Shown: one piece after another, positions 1 through 10,278 of the stretch
How positions within the stretch are numbered: position 1 is the first letter of the stretch
How the letters are laid out: each line of letters starts with the position of its first letter
From: an uncultured Acidobacteriota bacterium
GTDB lineage: Bacteria > Acidobacteriota > Thermoanaerobaculia > Multivoradales > UBA5704
Assembly (NCBI GenBank): GCA_963792575.1
Contig: CAWBWZ010000021.1
Coordinates: 194,778-258,777, forward strand
Direction of reading: 5' to 3'
Length of the DNA stretch: 64,000 bases
Notes under the pieces: generated by a model
The model's database searches: none
Told to the model about the DNA's origin: nothing
What the model saw: only the letters and a program-made list of their open reading frames with translations
Program-made: the position numbers and the translations under genes

Positions 1-548
1 ACAAGGAGGAGATCATGGACCTCGCGCGCCGCATCGGGATCTACGAGCTGTCGGCCGCCGTGCCCGAGTACTGCGACCTGATGCCGCCGAAGCCCAACAC
101 CCGGGCGGCGCTCCGGCAGGTGCTGCGCGACGAGGCCCGGCTCGACCCCGATCTGCTCAACAAGCTGGTGGACGACCGCCGCATCCACGACCTCCGCCAA
201 GTCGACCCCGAGACTCTCGACGTCGCCATTCCGGAGATCGACCGCATCCCGGAGGGCGCCACGGTGATCGACCTCCGCTCGGCGCCGGCCTTCCGGGGGT
301 GGCACCACCCCCAGGCGCTCCACCTGGATCTCTCCCACGCCCTCGCGGCCTACCTCTCCTTCGCCCGCGACCGCCCCTACGTGCTGGTCTGCGAGGTGGG
401 CCTCAAGAGCGCCCACCTCGCCGAGAAGATGCGCGAGGCGGGCTTCGACGCCTTCCAGTTCCAGGGCGGGATCCGCGGCCTGATGGCCCTCGCCGGGAAG
501 GAGGAGGGGATGGCCGCGGCGCTGATGGCGCCGGCGGTGCGGGATTAG
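1..548 (+). CDS. thiI: tRNA 4-thiouridine synthase ThiI, C-terminal part with rhodanese domain (5' end outside window)
   Basis: The frame of ORF 15..548 stays open back to nt 3 (KEEIMDLARRIG). PEYCDLMPPKPNT resembles the ThiI C-terminal CC..F.PK.P.T region. A rhodanese-like domain follows, with the active-site loop VLVCEVGLKS. Confidence 0.6.
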   Translation, partial: KEEIMDLARRIGIYELSAAVPEYCDLMPPKPNTRAALRQVLRDEARLDPDLLNKLVDDRRIHDLRQVDPETLDVAIPEIDRIPEGATVIDLRSAPAFRGWHHPQALHLDLSHALAAYLSFARDRPYVLVCEVGLKSAHLAEKMREAGFDAFQFQGGIRGLMALAGKEEGMAAALMAPAVRD

Positions 549-670
549 AGGACCCTGCCGCCCCCGCCCTTGCGCAACCTTCAGAAGGCTCGTATCCTCA
601 GCCATACCTTCATTTCTGGAGGCCCCGGAGGGTGGTTCCACTGGAGATTTCCAGACGCCGTGAACGCCAG

Positions 671-3232
671 ATGCAGTCGGTGGGGCAGGTTCTGCCCGGC
701 CAGGCGGAGCTCCCGGTCGACGAGAACGACCGCTGGTTCCGCATCCTGGCGGAATCCACCTCCACGGCCATCTTCGTCTACCGGGCCGACAGCGTCCTCT
801 ACGTCAATCCCGCCTGCGCGGAGCTGACCGGTTACAGCTCCGAGGAGCTGCTCGCGATGAAGCCCGGGGACATGGCCGCCCCGGAGTTCCAGGAGCTCCT
901 CCGCGAGCGCGCCGCCGCCCGCCTGCGCGGCCAGCCGGTCCCCAACCGTTACGAGGTGCGCATCTTCACCAAGGACGGGCGGGAGCGCTGGTTCGACATG
1001 ACCTCGGCCTTCATCGAGCTCGACGACGGCGAGCCGGTCGCGCTCGCCACCGCCGTCGACATCACCCACCGCAAGCTGGGGGAGGAGCGGCTGCGCGCCA
1101 TCGTCGAGGGGACCTCCTCGACCATCGGCGCCGATTTCCTGCGCTCGCTCGTCCGCCATCTCGCCGGCGCCCTCGGCATGGAGTACGCCTCCATCTCCGA
1201 GGTCTGCGACCAGACAGTCACCCGGGTCCGCATGCTCGCCCTCTGGGAGATCGACCACTACAGCACGCCGTTCGAGTACGACCTCCGCGGCACCCCCTGC
1301 GAGCAGGTCGTCGGCCGCCAGATCTCCTTCCACCCGTCCGGCGTCTGGCAGCTCTTCCCCGAGGACCGCTGGCTGGTGGCGACCCGGATCGAGAGCTACA
1401 TCGCCGTGCCGCTGTTCGACCGCGCCGACCGGCCGCTCGGGCACATCGCGGTGATGAGCACCTCGCCGGTCAGCGAGGACGTGCCGGCGCTGTCGATCCT
1501 CAAGATCTTCGCCGCCCGCGCCGCCGCCGAGATCGAGCGCAAGCTCACCGAGGACGCGCTCGCCAAGGAGAAAGAGCTCGCGCAGGTGACCCTCGCCTCG
1601 ATCGGCGACGGCGTCGTCCGCACCGACGCCGCCGGCGTCGTGGACTATCTCAACCCGGTCGCCGAACGGCTGACGGGGTGGGACCTCGACGAGGCCTGCG
1701 GGCTGCCGGTGACGCGCATCTTCAACGTCGTCGACGAGAGCAACGGCAAGCCGCTGCCCAACGCCGTCGAGCGCTGCCTCGCCGAGGGGCGGGTCATCGA
1801 GCACACGGGCTATTCCATGCTGGTGCGGCGCGACGGCCGGGAGTTCGCCATCCGCGATTCCGTGGCGCCGATCCAGGACCGCCAGGGGCGCACCACCGGC
1901 AGCGTCCTGGTGTTCAAGGACGTCACCCAGCTCCGCGGCATGGAGCGCGAGATGATCTACCTCGCGCGCCACGACCCGCTCACCGGCCTGATCAACCGCC
2001 GCGAGTTCGAGAAGCGCCTGCAGCACAGCCTCGACACCGCCGCCGAGGACCGCCGCGAGCACGCCCTCTTCTATCTCGACCTCGACGAGTTCAAGGTGGT
2101 CAACGACACCTGCGGCCACCTCGCCGGCGACGAGATGCTCAAGCAGGTGACGTCGCTGCTCGCGCTCCCTGCTGCGCAAGACCGACACGCTGGCCCGCCT
2201 GGGCGGCGACGAGTTCGGCGTGCTGCTCGAGGACGCCACCCTCGCCGACGCCCGCGAGCTCGGCGACCGCCTGCTCAACACCGTCCGCCAGTTCCGCTTC
2301 GGCTGGCAGGAGCGGATCTTCGAGATCGGCGTCTCGATCGGCCTGGTGCCGATCACCGCCGACAGCGGCGACATGGCCCGGGTGCTCTCCGCCGCCGACG
2401 CCGCCTGCTACGTCGCCAAGGAGAGCGGCCGCAACCGCATGCACGAGTACCAGCCGGACGACACCGCGCTCGCCGAGCGCTACGGCGAGATGCAGTGGAT
2501 CTACCGCATCCACAAGGCGTTCGCCGAGCACCGCTTCTGCCTCTACCGGCAGAGCATCCATCCGCTCCAGGCGGGACGGCACGGAGCCGCCGCTGTGCGA
2601 GATCTTCATCCGCATGATCGACGAGGACGGCCGCATCGCCACCCCGGCCGCGTTCATCCCCGCCGCCGAGCGCTATCACCTGATCGCCTCGATCGACCGC
2701 TGGGTGATCCACGCCGCCTTCGTCACCCTGGCCTGCGGCACCCTCTCCCACGGCGACACCACCCGCTTCGCCATCAACCTCTCGGGGCAGTCGGTGGGCG
2801 ACGACGCCTTCCTCGACTACGTCCTCGCCGAGATCGAGGCGACCGGCATCGCCGCCCGAGCGCATCTGCTTCGAGATCACCGAGACCGCCGCCGTCGGCA
2901 ACCTGACCAAGGCGATCCACTTCATCAGCGTCCTGAAAGAGCTCGGCTGCCGCTTCGTGCTCGACGACTTCGGCAGCGGCCTCTCCTCCTTCGCCTACCT
3001 CAAGAACCTCCCGGTCGACTTCCTCAAGATCGACGGCAGCTTCGTGCGCGACATGCTGGGCAACTCGGTCCAGCGCGCCCTCGTCGAGTCGATCCACCAG
3101 ATCGGCAAGGTCATGGGCATCCGCACCATCGCCGAATCGGTCGAGGACCGGCCCACCCTCGAGGTCCTCCGGCAGATCGGCGTCAACTACGCCCAGGGGT
3201 ACGGCCTCTCGCTCCCAGAACCTTTGATTTAG
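671..3232 (+). CDS. PAS-GAF-PAS-GGDEF-EAL c-di-GMP signalling protein (frameshifted as assembled)
   Basis: Motif trail: PAS ([15 protein letters not shown]), GAF-like ([23 protein letters not shown]), PAS ([28 protein letters not shown]), GGDEF ([13 protein letters not shown]), EAL ([23 protein letters not shown]). Reading it requires frame changes near 2165, 2575 and 2865 (ORF frames 299..2617, 2220..2906, 1678..3255, 2957..3232). ATG 671 is the first Met after the thiI stop. Confidence 0.8.
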
Positions 3233-3391
3233 CGACTTTACAAGACCGCGGGTAAAAATTTTCCACAGGGGCGGGCCAGGGAATGGCGAGAATCGAGCCA
3301 ATTCCCGTACAATTCCGCTGACCCGAAGAGTTGTGGATCGCATAGGCGCGGTTTTTGCTGCACTGCCTGGGGTCCCGAATAACGAACAGCC

Positions 3392-5549
3392 ATGCTCGCT
3401 CACTTGAACGCTTTTCCCATCGACAATTCCGAGCTGGATTCGGAGCGGTCGATCGATCTCGACGAGAGGCTCTCACCGCTAGCTCCACTCGCGCGGACGT
3501 TCGACGGCGATTCGACCCTCGACGTCCGGCTGCGGCTGCTGATCGAGCCGGTGCCCGCGATCGTCTGGACGACCGACCGGGAGCTGCGCTTCACCTCCGG
3601 CCTGGGCGGCGGGCAGGCCTCCTTCGGTCTCCGCTCCACCCCGGGCACCAGCCTCTTCGATCATTACGGGAACCGGAATCCCGACGCCCTTCGCGCCCAC
3701 CAGCTCGCGCTCGGCGGCGAGTCGGTGAGCTTCGAGCACGCCTGGGAGGGGCGCACCTTCCAGACCCGTGTCGAGCCGCTGCGCGGGGCCGAGGGGGAGA
3801 TCATCGGCTGCGTCGGCATCGCGGTCGACATCACCGAGCGCAAGCACGCCGAGGAGGCCCTCTACCGCGAGAAGGAGCGCGCCCAGGTGACCCTGGCCTC
3901 GATCGGCGACGGCGTCATCCGCGCCGACGCCGAGGGGCGGATCGATTACCTGAACCCGGTCGCCGAGCGGCTGACCGGGTGGAAGGCCGAGGAGGCGATC
4001 GGCCGCCCGGTGCTCGAGGTCTTCCAGGTGGTCGACGAGATCACCCGCAAGCCCCTGGCCGATCCGGTGGCCCGCTGCCTGGAGGAAGGAACGGGTGGTC
4101 GAGTCCCCCGGCCACGCCGTGCTGCTCTGCCGGGACGGCAAGGAGTACTCGGTGCGCGACTCCGCGGCGCCGATCTACGACCGCTCCGGCGGCGCGCTCG
4201 GCGCCGTCCTGGTGTTCAAGGACGTGACCCAGCTCCGCGGCATGGAGCGCGAGATGATCTACCTCGCGAGCCACGACGCGCTGACCGGCCTGATCAACCG
4301 CCGGGAGTTCGAGGTCCGCCTGAAGCGCGCCATCCGCGGCGCCCGCGGCGAGCGGCGCCAGCACGTGCTGCTCTACCTGGACCTCGACGAGTTCAAGGTC
4401 GTCAACGACACCTGCGGCCACCTGGTCGGCGACGAGATGCTCAAGCAGATCACCGCCCTCCTGCGCTCCCGCGTGCGCCGGAGCGACGTCCTCGCCCGGC
4501 TGGGCGGCGACGAGTTCGGCGTCCTTCTCGAGGACTGCCCGCTCGACCAGGCGCGGCGGATCGCCGAGGAGATGCGGCGCACCGTGCGCGAGTTCCGCTT
4601 CTGCTGGCGCGAGCAGATCTTCGAGGTCGGGGTCTCGATCGGACTGGTGCCGATCGACTCCGACAGCGGCGACCTCGCCCACGTCCTCAGCGCCGCCGAC
4701 GCCGCCTGCTACGTGGCCAAGGACAGCGGCCGCAACCGGGTCCACGAGTACGAGATCGACGACACGCTGGTCGCCGAGCGCTACGGCGAGATGCAGTGGA
4801 TCCACCGCATCCACCGCTCCTTCGAGGACAAGCGCTTCCGCCTCTTCTACCAGCTCATCCAGCCGCATCGGCGGCGACGAACAGCGCGCGCGACCTCCTC
4901 TGCGAGGTCTTCATCCGCATGCTCGACCCCAACGGCAAGATCATCGAGCCGTCGGCCTTCATCGCCGCGGCGGAGCGCTACCACCTGATCGCCTCGATCG
5001 ACCGCTGGGTGGTGAAGACCGCCTTCTCCGCTCTCGCCGAGGCGCAGCGGCGCGAGTGGTCGCGCCCGATCCTCTTCGCCATCAACCTCTCCGGCCAGTC
5101 GCTCGGCGAGGAGAACTTCCTCGCCTTCATCATCGACGAGCTCGAGAAGAGCAAGGTGGACTCGCGGCGCATCTGCTTCGAGATCACCGAGACGGCGGCG
5201 ATCAGCAAGCTCGACAGCGCCATCCGCTTCATCTCGGCGCTGAAGGCCAAGGGCTGCCGCTTCATCCTCGACGACTTCGGCAGCGGCCTCTCCTCCTTCG
5301 CCTACCTGCGCGACCTCCAGGTCGACTTCCTGAAGATCGACGGCGAGTTCGTGCAGAACATGATGGAGGATCGGGTCAAGCGGGCGATGGTCGAGTCGAT
5401 CAACCAGATCGGCCACGTCATGGGCCTGCAGACCATCGCCGAATGGGTGGAGAACCGCCAGACTCTCGATTGCCCTGAAGGAGATGGGCGTCGATTACGC
5501 CCAGGGATACTGGCTCTGCATGCCCCAGCCGCTGGTGCACGACGTGTAG
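3392..5549 (+). CDS. PAS-PAS-GGDEF-EAL c-di-GMP signalling protein, paralog of the upstream gene (frameshifted as assembled)
   Basis: Same motif trail ([76 protein letters not shown]). Frame changes near 4090, 4870 and 5470. Stop TAG at 5547-5549. Confidence 0.8.
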
Positions 5550-5588
5550 GGGCTGGCCCCGGACCGCTGCCTTCCGCCCCTTCGGGGC

Positions 5589-5650
5589 GGGCCCTCACTC
5601 CCCCAACCCCCTCTCTCCCAGCCTCCCCCCCGACCGCCGGGAGAGAGGGG
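5589..5650. repeat. REP-like GC-rich palindromic element (family 1, inverted orientation)
   Basis: GGCCCTCACTCCCCCAACCCCCTCTCTCCC...GGGAGAGAGGGGG is the reverse complement of the consensus seen at 28012-28074 and 31439-31503. Arms CTCTCTCCC/GGGAGAGAG can pair. Confidence 0.6.
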
Positions 5651-5678
5651 GCTTAAAACGGGTGCTTTTAGACTAACT

Positions 5679-5704
5679 GCTCCCTCTTCTCCCGGTGAAG
5701 GGGA
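5679..5704. repeat. Truncated left half of REP-like element (family 1) at the left junction of the island
   Basis: CTCCCTCTTCTCCCGGTGAAGGGGAC matches the first half of the 31439-31503 copy. Similarity stops at 5704. Confidence 0.55.
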
Positions 5705-5764
5705 CAACCTCATCTCAGGGTGTCCCAGGACGTCTCGTAGAGTCCTGATTTTTCTTCCAACCCA

Positions 5765-5792
5765 TTGACTTATAAGGGTTTCCTGGTATCAT
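5765..5792 (+). promoter_or_regulatory. Candidate sigma70-type promoter upstream of the integrase
   Basis: TTGACT (5765-5770), 16-nt spacer, TATCAT (5787-5792). Pattern match only. Confidence 0.3.
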
Positions 5793-5885
5793 AGTGACCA
5801 AGGAGATCTCACCAGATCGCGAGCCAAAAGACCGATCCTCTTACCTATTTTTAACCTACAAACGCCCCTGGACTAGGCCCAAGCT

Positions 5886-7166
5886 ATGAAAATGAAGCTC
5901 ACCGAAGCCCGGATTCCCTCCCTCCGAACCCTCAAGCCGCAAGAGGACATCTTCCATGAGCCCACCCCGGGGGCGGGGTTGCGTGTCACCCGCAAGGGCC
6001 GCAAAACTTGGTTCCTGCTCTACAGTGCACCGGATTCTAAGCAGCTACGGCGTGTCTACTTCGGCGAGCACCCGAGCGGACGGCTGGGCCAAGCTCGTTA
6101 TCTTTCTCTAAAGGAGTTTGAGCGGGAATACTCCATCGTTAGGGGCGACCTCGCCCGGGGCATTGACCCACAGTTGAAGACGGTGGCCGTCGATCCAGAG
6201 ACGGCGAAGCTCATCCCCTCTATCCTTCTCCCGGAGGACCTCCGCAAGATCTTTCCCGAGGGGGTGGTCGAGGGGACGGTCGGGGCGCTCCTGGCCGACT
6301 ACCTCCAGCATCACGCCGCCTCTCATCTAACCCCCCGGGGCTACCTGAATTATCGCCAGCTCACCCGCTCGTATTTAACTCCCGCCTTCAAGATTCCTGT
6401 CCTCCAGTTCGGGGAAGAGGATGTGCGCGCACTTCTTTCCCAAGTCACCCGCAGGGCTCCGCAGGCGGTCCGCCATGCCAAGAACGTCCTAAGCTGTGCC
6501 TTTGTCTACGGCAGGGAGCACATTCATGGCGTCAAGTCGAACCCCTGCCAGGGAGTGAAGGTCACGGTCCCGAAGGTCAAGCGGGACCGCTGGCTAACGG
6601 ATTCCGAGATCGAGAAGATCCTCGAAGCGCTCCCCCGGATGAGGAACCAGAAGGCGGCAGACATCTACCTTCTGATTCTTGCTTCCCTCTGCCGCCCCGG
6701 GGAAGCGGCCGGGATCAAGGCCGAGGACGTCATCACCCTGAACGGGGAGCGGGCCTGGAAGGTGGCCGAGCCCAAGAACGGGAAAGACTTCCTGATCCCC
6801 CTGGAAGGACCGGTTCGGCAAGTCATCGATCGTCGGATTGCCGAGGTGAACGGCACCGGCCCTTTGTTCTGGAAGATTACGCCGGGGGACGACTATCCCC
6901 GCCAGCTCAAGGACGCCAACCGCGAGCTTCGGGAGATGACCGGACTCCAGGACATCCGCCCCCACGACCTGCGACGGACGGGGAGGACCCATGTTTCGGG
7001 TTTGGGAATCCGGGACGAAGTCGGAGAGGCCCTGCTCAACCATGCCAAGGAAGCCATCAACGGAACGTACAACCTCTATTCATACTGGCCCGAGAGGAAG
7101 GACGCGCTGAGGCTATGGCATGGCAAGTTGAGTGGTCTCCAGGGCTGTCAGCTAGAGGCGGCCTAA
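5886..7166 (+). CDS. int: Tyrosine recombinase / phage-type integrase with N-terminal arm-binding (DUF4102-like) domain
   Basis: The N-terminus LRVTRKGRKTWFLLY is typical of P4-type integrases. The C-terminal catalytic region has LILASLCRPGEAAG (Arg box), IRPHDLRRTGRTH (HxxR) and LLNH..GTYNLY (catalytic Tyr region). Uninterrupted 426-aa ORF. Confidence 0.85.
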   Translation: MKMKLTEARIPSLRTLKPQEDIFHEPTPGAGLRVTRKGRKTWFLLYSAPDSKQLRRVYFGEHPSGRLGQARYLSLKEFEREYSIVRGDLARGIDPQLKTVAVDPETAKLIPSILLPEDLRKIFPEGVVEGTVGALLADYLQHHAASHLTPRGYLNYRQLTRSYLTPAFKIPVLQFGEEDVRALLSQVTRRAPQAVRHAKNVLSCAFVYGREHIHGVKSNPCQGVKVTVPKVKRDRWLTDSEIEKILEALPRMRNQKAADIYLLILASLCRPGEAAGIKAEDVITLNGERAWKVAEPKNGKDFLIPLEGPVRQVIDRRIAEVNGTGPLFWKITPGDDYPRQLKDANRELREMTGLQDIRPHDLRRTGRTHVSGLGIRDEVGEALLNHAKEAINGTYNLYSYWPERKDALRLWHGKLSGLQGCQLEAA

Positions 7167-7224
7167 GAGCTTCCTGGCCTTTAGTCGGCGGCTCCCCTTC
7201 GGCTCAGGCCCAGGCGATGGGCCG

Positions 7225-7700
7225 CCGGGAGCCGCCGCAGCGGCCCCCGGTCGCTTCGCTCCCTTGCCAAGCCCTAAGCCCGCTGGCGGCGGAGTTAGCC
7301 TCTTTCGAGCGCTGCGCGCTCGGCGACGAGCCCCGGGCCGGGGAATCGGGTGCCCCTGCCCGGAAGCCGCCGCAGCGGCCCTCGGTCGCTGCGCTCCCTT
7401 GCCAAGCCCTGAGCCCGCTGGCAGCGAAGTTAGTACCTTCTGAGCGCTGCGCGCTCGGGAATGAGGGAGCCAACAGCGTCCCGTCGGCCACCTTTGCTTG
7501 CGGTTCGTAGCGTTCCTTGCGCTCGATTTGAACGCACTGCGCTTGGATGAGCCGCCGCTACGCGACCTTGCCAAGCCTTTAGCCCGCTACCGGCGAAAGT
7601 TAGCCCTTCCGAGCGCTGCGCGCTCGGCTTCCGCCACAGCCCTCGGTCGCTTCGTTCCCTTGCCAAGCCCTGAGCCCGTGGCCCCCGTCTTCCCGAGCGC
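7225..7700. repeat. Degenerate GC-rich direct repeats (4 copies, irregular spacing)
   Basis: The unit CTTGCCAAGCCCT(A/G)AGCCCG...AGTTAG...GAGCGCTGCGCGCTCGG occurs near 7262, 7397, 7566 and 7658. Each copy carries a GAGCGC-N3-GCGCTC hairpin. ORFs here look like repeat translations. Confidence 0.6.
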
Positions 7701-7912
7701 TCCGCGCGATGACAGTCCGGTAGAGGCTGGGTTTCGGACCGCTTAGCCGGCACGGCCTCTGCTAGTCTTATTCTCATCAGCAAGATAAGCCCGCGAAAGT
7801 CTGTCTCGCTAAGTTGGAGTCGAACTCTCCCGCCGCGCGCCAGCAGACGCCGCGCCGGCCCGGGAGGCGAGAGCTCGCCGGCCAGGCCCAAACCCGACAA
7901 GCACTATCGATA

Positions 7913-7941
7913 TTGACGAGGAGTAGGGGCCGGTGTAGTAT
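7913..7941 (+). promoter_or_regulatory. Candidate sigma70-type promoter for the 8077-9802 gene pair
   Basis: TTGACG (7913-7918), 17-nt spacer, TAGTAT (7936-7941), in an AT-richer tract. Pattern match only. Confidence 0.3.
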
Positions 7942-8076
7942 ATCCTAAGTTCTACAAAATGAATGGTATACATCTTTTCACCTGGCAGCCTAAGCAGGGA
8001 AATGGAGACTGTCGGAAAGATATTGAGGACGAGACGGATACAGTTGATCTTGAGGTTATACGCTACGAGGTAAAGG

Positions 8077-8856
8077 ATGGCTTCGAAGATTAACTTAGAT
8101 CTGATCGTAGCCCGCTGCCAAGATCTCCTTGAACGGATTCACACGAGAGAGCGTGGGCCGACCGAGATCGAATTCGAGCCATACAGCGTGGTTGCCTTGA
8201 AGCTATACGGATACGCGATCAACACGTTCAAGTCCATCTACTACCTTATTCCTCATAAAGTCTACGAGCCGGCTACCGTGCTGTATCGATGCCTTTGGGA
8301 GACTGGTGTCAATCTTGAGTGGATCTCTCTAGATCCGAAAAAGAGAGCACTGCGTTTCCTAGAGTTCACAGCCGTCGAACATCGGAAGTTTATCGAGAAC
8401 AGGATTCGCGAAGCACGGGCGGACAACAACCCAAATGCGGTTCTAGCGCTTACACGTCAGCAGGCTGACTTTGAAAAAGAACTTGACAGTCAGCTGTCGG
8501 TCTTCAGCTACAGGGATCGGCGTGGTCGGCAGAGGTGGCGAGATCAGTATTCAACTCTGACCGTGCGCGACCTTGCGAACGAGGTCGGAGGCTTGTGGGC
8601 CAAGGAGTACGACCGAGACTACGCGTTGGGCTCCAGCTACACACATGGAGCGCCCGCGGCCGTGCTCTTTCCACTGTTTGATCCCAATGGCCGACTGGAC
8701 CAGGAGCGTTCGACCGAGCGCGCGAGTATTGTCGGAGCAATGTCGATCGAAGCAATGAGCAGAATCTATAGATTCTGGCTCGCATCACGCGACCAGAACG
8801 ACGATGCCTTTCTTGCCGATTTGTGGCACCGTGTTCAAGAGGCATCCAGCGCATAA
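8077..8856 (+). CDS. Uncharacterised all-alpha protein (possibly DUF5677/AbiV-like), upstream partner of the TIR gene
   Basis: Intact 259-aa ORF with lower G+C. The RCLWETGVNLEWI and GSSYTHG segments recall DUF5677-type proteins, but I cannot verify that without an HMM. Confidence 0.6.
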   Translation: MASKINLDLIVARCQDLLERIHTRERGPTEIEFEPYSVVALKLYGYAINTFKSIYYLIPHKVYEPATVLYRCLWETGVNLEWISLDPKKRALRFLEFTAVEHRKFIENRIREARADNNPNAVLALTRQQADFEKELDSQLSVFSYRDRRGRQRWRDQYSTLTVRDLANEVGGLWAKEYDRDYALGSSYTHGAPAAVLFPLFDPNGRLDQERSTERASIVGAMSIEAMSRIYRFWLASRDQNDDAFLADLWHRVQEASSA

Positions 8857-8941
8857 CAAACGGCTGCACTGACGCGAACGCCGCTTCGCGGTCTCTCGCG
8901 CCTAGGCGACGGGAGCCGAGGCCGGACTTGGAGGTCGATCA

Positions 8942-9802
8942 ATGATGAAAATCTTTCTCAGCTGGTCAGGAGACCGCAGTCGCCATGTCGCACTCGCGCT
9001 CCGCGATTGGCTTCCGATGATCCTCCAGAATACTGAGCCATGGCTTTCCGATCGAGACATTGCGGCGGGTGAGCGATGGGCGCTCGAGATCGGCAAGAGA
9101 CTCGAGGAGTGCCATTTTGGGATCATTTGCTTAACCCAAGACAACACGGAGGCGCCGTGGGTGCTTTTCGAAGCTGGCGCGCTTTCCAAAGCACTAGCCA
9201 CGGCTTCAGTGTGTCCCTACTTGTTCGAGGTAGAACTTCAAGAAATCACTGGGCCGCTGGCCCAATTCCAAGCAAAGAAGGCAGATCAAATTTCTACGAA
9301 GGAGCTTGTCTTCTCGATTAACCAGAGATCGCCGGCTCAGCTCCCGCAAACGAGACTGGATGAACTATTTGAGCTTCTTTGGCCGAAACTGGAGTCGAAG
9401 CTTGCTGCGGTTCCGAAGTCCGGCGATCCCGTGCCGAAGCGGAGGTCAGAGTCAGAAATTCTCGAAGATCTTGTGGGCTCCGTTCGGCGGCTCGACTATC
9501 GAATTGGTTCGCTAAGTCATCGAATAGGCCGCGCTGGGCTCCCAGACTCGGCGGTGTATCTCCGCTTGTCAAGCGATGAGATCAGTCCAGATACTGAGTT
9601 TGCCGAAACAGTAGAAAGTCCAGGCCAAGTCCTTAACGCAGCCGCGCGCACTCTCAGCGTTGATCCGAAAGAGTTTGGTAGCACCTGGTATTTCGCCGAC
9701 CCGGGAAGCGGCAAGAGAGTCGGTAGCCGCGAGGAACTTCTGAAGTGTTTTGAAGGCGCGCCGCGCGTCCTCTATCTGCAACACAGGAGAACTCCCTTCT
9801 GA
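8942..9802 (+). CDS. TIR-domain protein with an uncharacterised C-terminal domain
   Basis: The N-terminus reads KIFLSWSGDRSRHVALALRDWLP..PWLSDRDIAAGERW..FGIICLTQDNTEAPWVLFEAGALSK. This is a typical bacterial TIR pattern, with a candidate catalytic Glu in FEAG. RBS GGAGG lies 7 nt upstream. 286 aa. Confidence 0.8.
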   Translation: MMKIFLSWSGDRSRHVALALRDWLPMILQNTEPWLSDRDIAAGERWALEIGKRLEECHFGIICLTQDNTEAPWVLFEAGALSKALATASVCPYLFEVELQEITGPLAQFQAKKADQISTKELVFSINQRSPAQLPQTRLDELFELLWPKLESKLAAVPKSGDPVPKRRSESEILEDLVGSVRRLDYRIGSLSHRIGRAGLPDSAVYLRLSSDEISPDTEFAETVESPGQVLNAAARTLSVDPKEFGSTWYFADPGSGKRVGSREELLKCFEGAPRVLYLQHRRTPF

Positions 9803-9836
9803 GCGTTGTGCGCCGTCGTCTAATGGTGGAGCGGAC

Positions 9837-9867
9837 GGGTAGGGCGGCCTCTCTAGCCGCCCTACCC
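9837..9867 (+). terminator. Strong hairpin downstream of the TIR gene (no clear T-tract)
   Basis: GGGTAGGGCGGC-ctctcta-GCCGCCCTACCC, a perfect 12-bp stem 35 nt after the stop. Confidence 0.35.
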
Positions 9868-9973
9868 AGGGGAATGATCCCTTGATCCAGTAGCTTGTCA
9901 GGAATTGCGCGTGAGGTCATCCTCGAAGAGAAATCCCTCCTTCAGTCCGCATAGCGGATCACTCTCTAACCCC

Positions 9974-10020
9974 AACGGACCGGAGTCGCCTTCGGACCTC
10001 CGCTTCACCCTTTGAGCCGG
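9974..10020. repeat. 47-bp repeat, inverted copy at 13097-13143
   Basis: AACGGACCGGAGTCGCCTTCGGACCTCCGCTTCACCCTTTGAGCCGG is the exact reverse complement of 13097-13143. It overlaps the 3' end of the AlpA-like gene. Confidence 0.8.
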
Positions 10021-10223
10021 GCAATCCGCGATGATCCTGGTGCGCGCTTCTCCCGCGTGTTGCACCACTCGTCGATTTCGCTTTCCAGCCACCCGGAGCG
10101 GCTTTCGCTTAGGGAGTAAGGGGAGGGGAAGGCGCCAGCAGCGATCTGGCGGTAAATCGTCGAACGGCTGAGACGTACCCGCGCTATCACGTCCTTGAGG
10201 AGAAGATATCGGCGATTGCTCAT
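10005..10223 (-). CDS. AlpA-family HTH protein (excisionase / prophage regulatory protein type)
   Basis: MSNRRYLLLKDVIARVRLSRSTIYRQIAAGAFPSPYSLSESRSGWLESEIDEWC matches the AlpA/Phage_AlpA pattern. The start is taken at internal Met 10223 of ORF 10005..10292. Confidence 0.75.
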   Translation of the reverse strand: MSNRRYLLLKDVIARVRLSRSTIYRQIAAGAFPSPYSLSESRSGWLESEIDEWCNTREKRAPGSSRIARLKG

Positions 10224-10278
10224 CCACCATTCATATCGCCGGTTAGGTGCGGAATAGGAGTGCTTTGTAGCGGTTCGC

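Noticed and set aside
299-670. Upstream extension of ORF 299..2617 that overlaps thiI.
   Set aside because: The extension is a proline/arginine-rich alternative-frame reading of the thiI rhodanese region. Recognisable PAS sequence starts only after Met 671.
581-2374. 597-aa minus-strand ORF, and other long ORFs antisense to or overlapping the GGDEF-EAL genes (for example 1678..3255 as a whole, 2353..2925, 2774..3403).
   Set aside because: They are Arg/Ala/Gly/Pro-rich translations with no motifs, lying opposite clearly recognisable domains. This is the typical stop-codon-poor shadow ORF pattern of ~70% G+C DNA.
5700-5885. Expected tRNA or tmRNA attachment site next to the P4-type integrase.
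   Set aside because: I saw no cloverleaf-compatible sequence and no T-loop motif (GGTTCGAATCC-like) here or at the right end near 27950-28011. The junction appears to lie in a REP-like element instead.
7115-7900. ORFs 7115..7510, 7152..7574, 7204..7491 and 7430..7900.
   Set aside because: They are mutually overlapping on both strands and consist of translated degenerate repeats. No RBS or domain signal.
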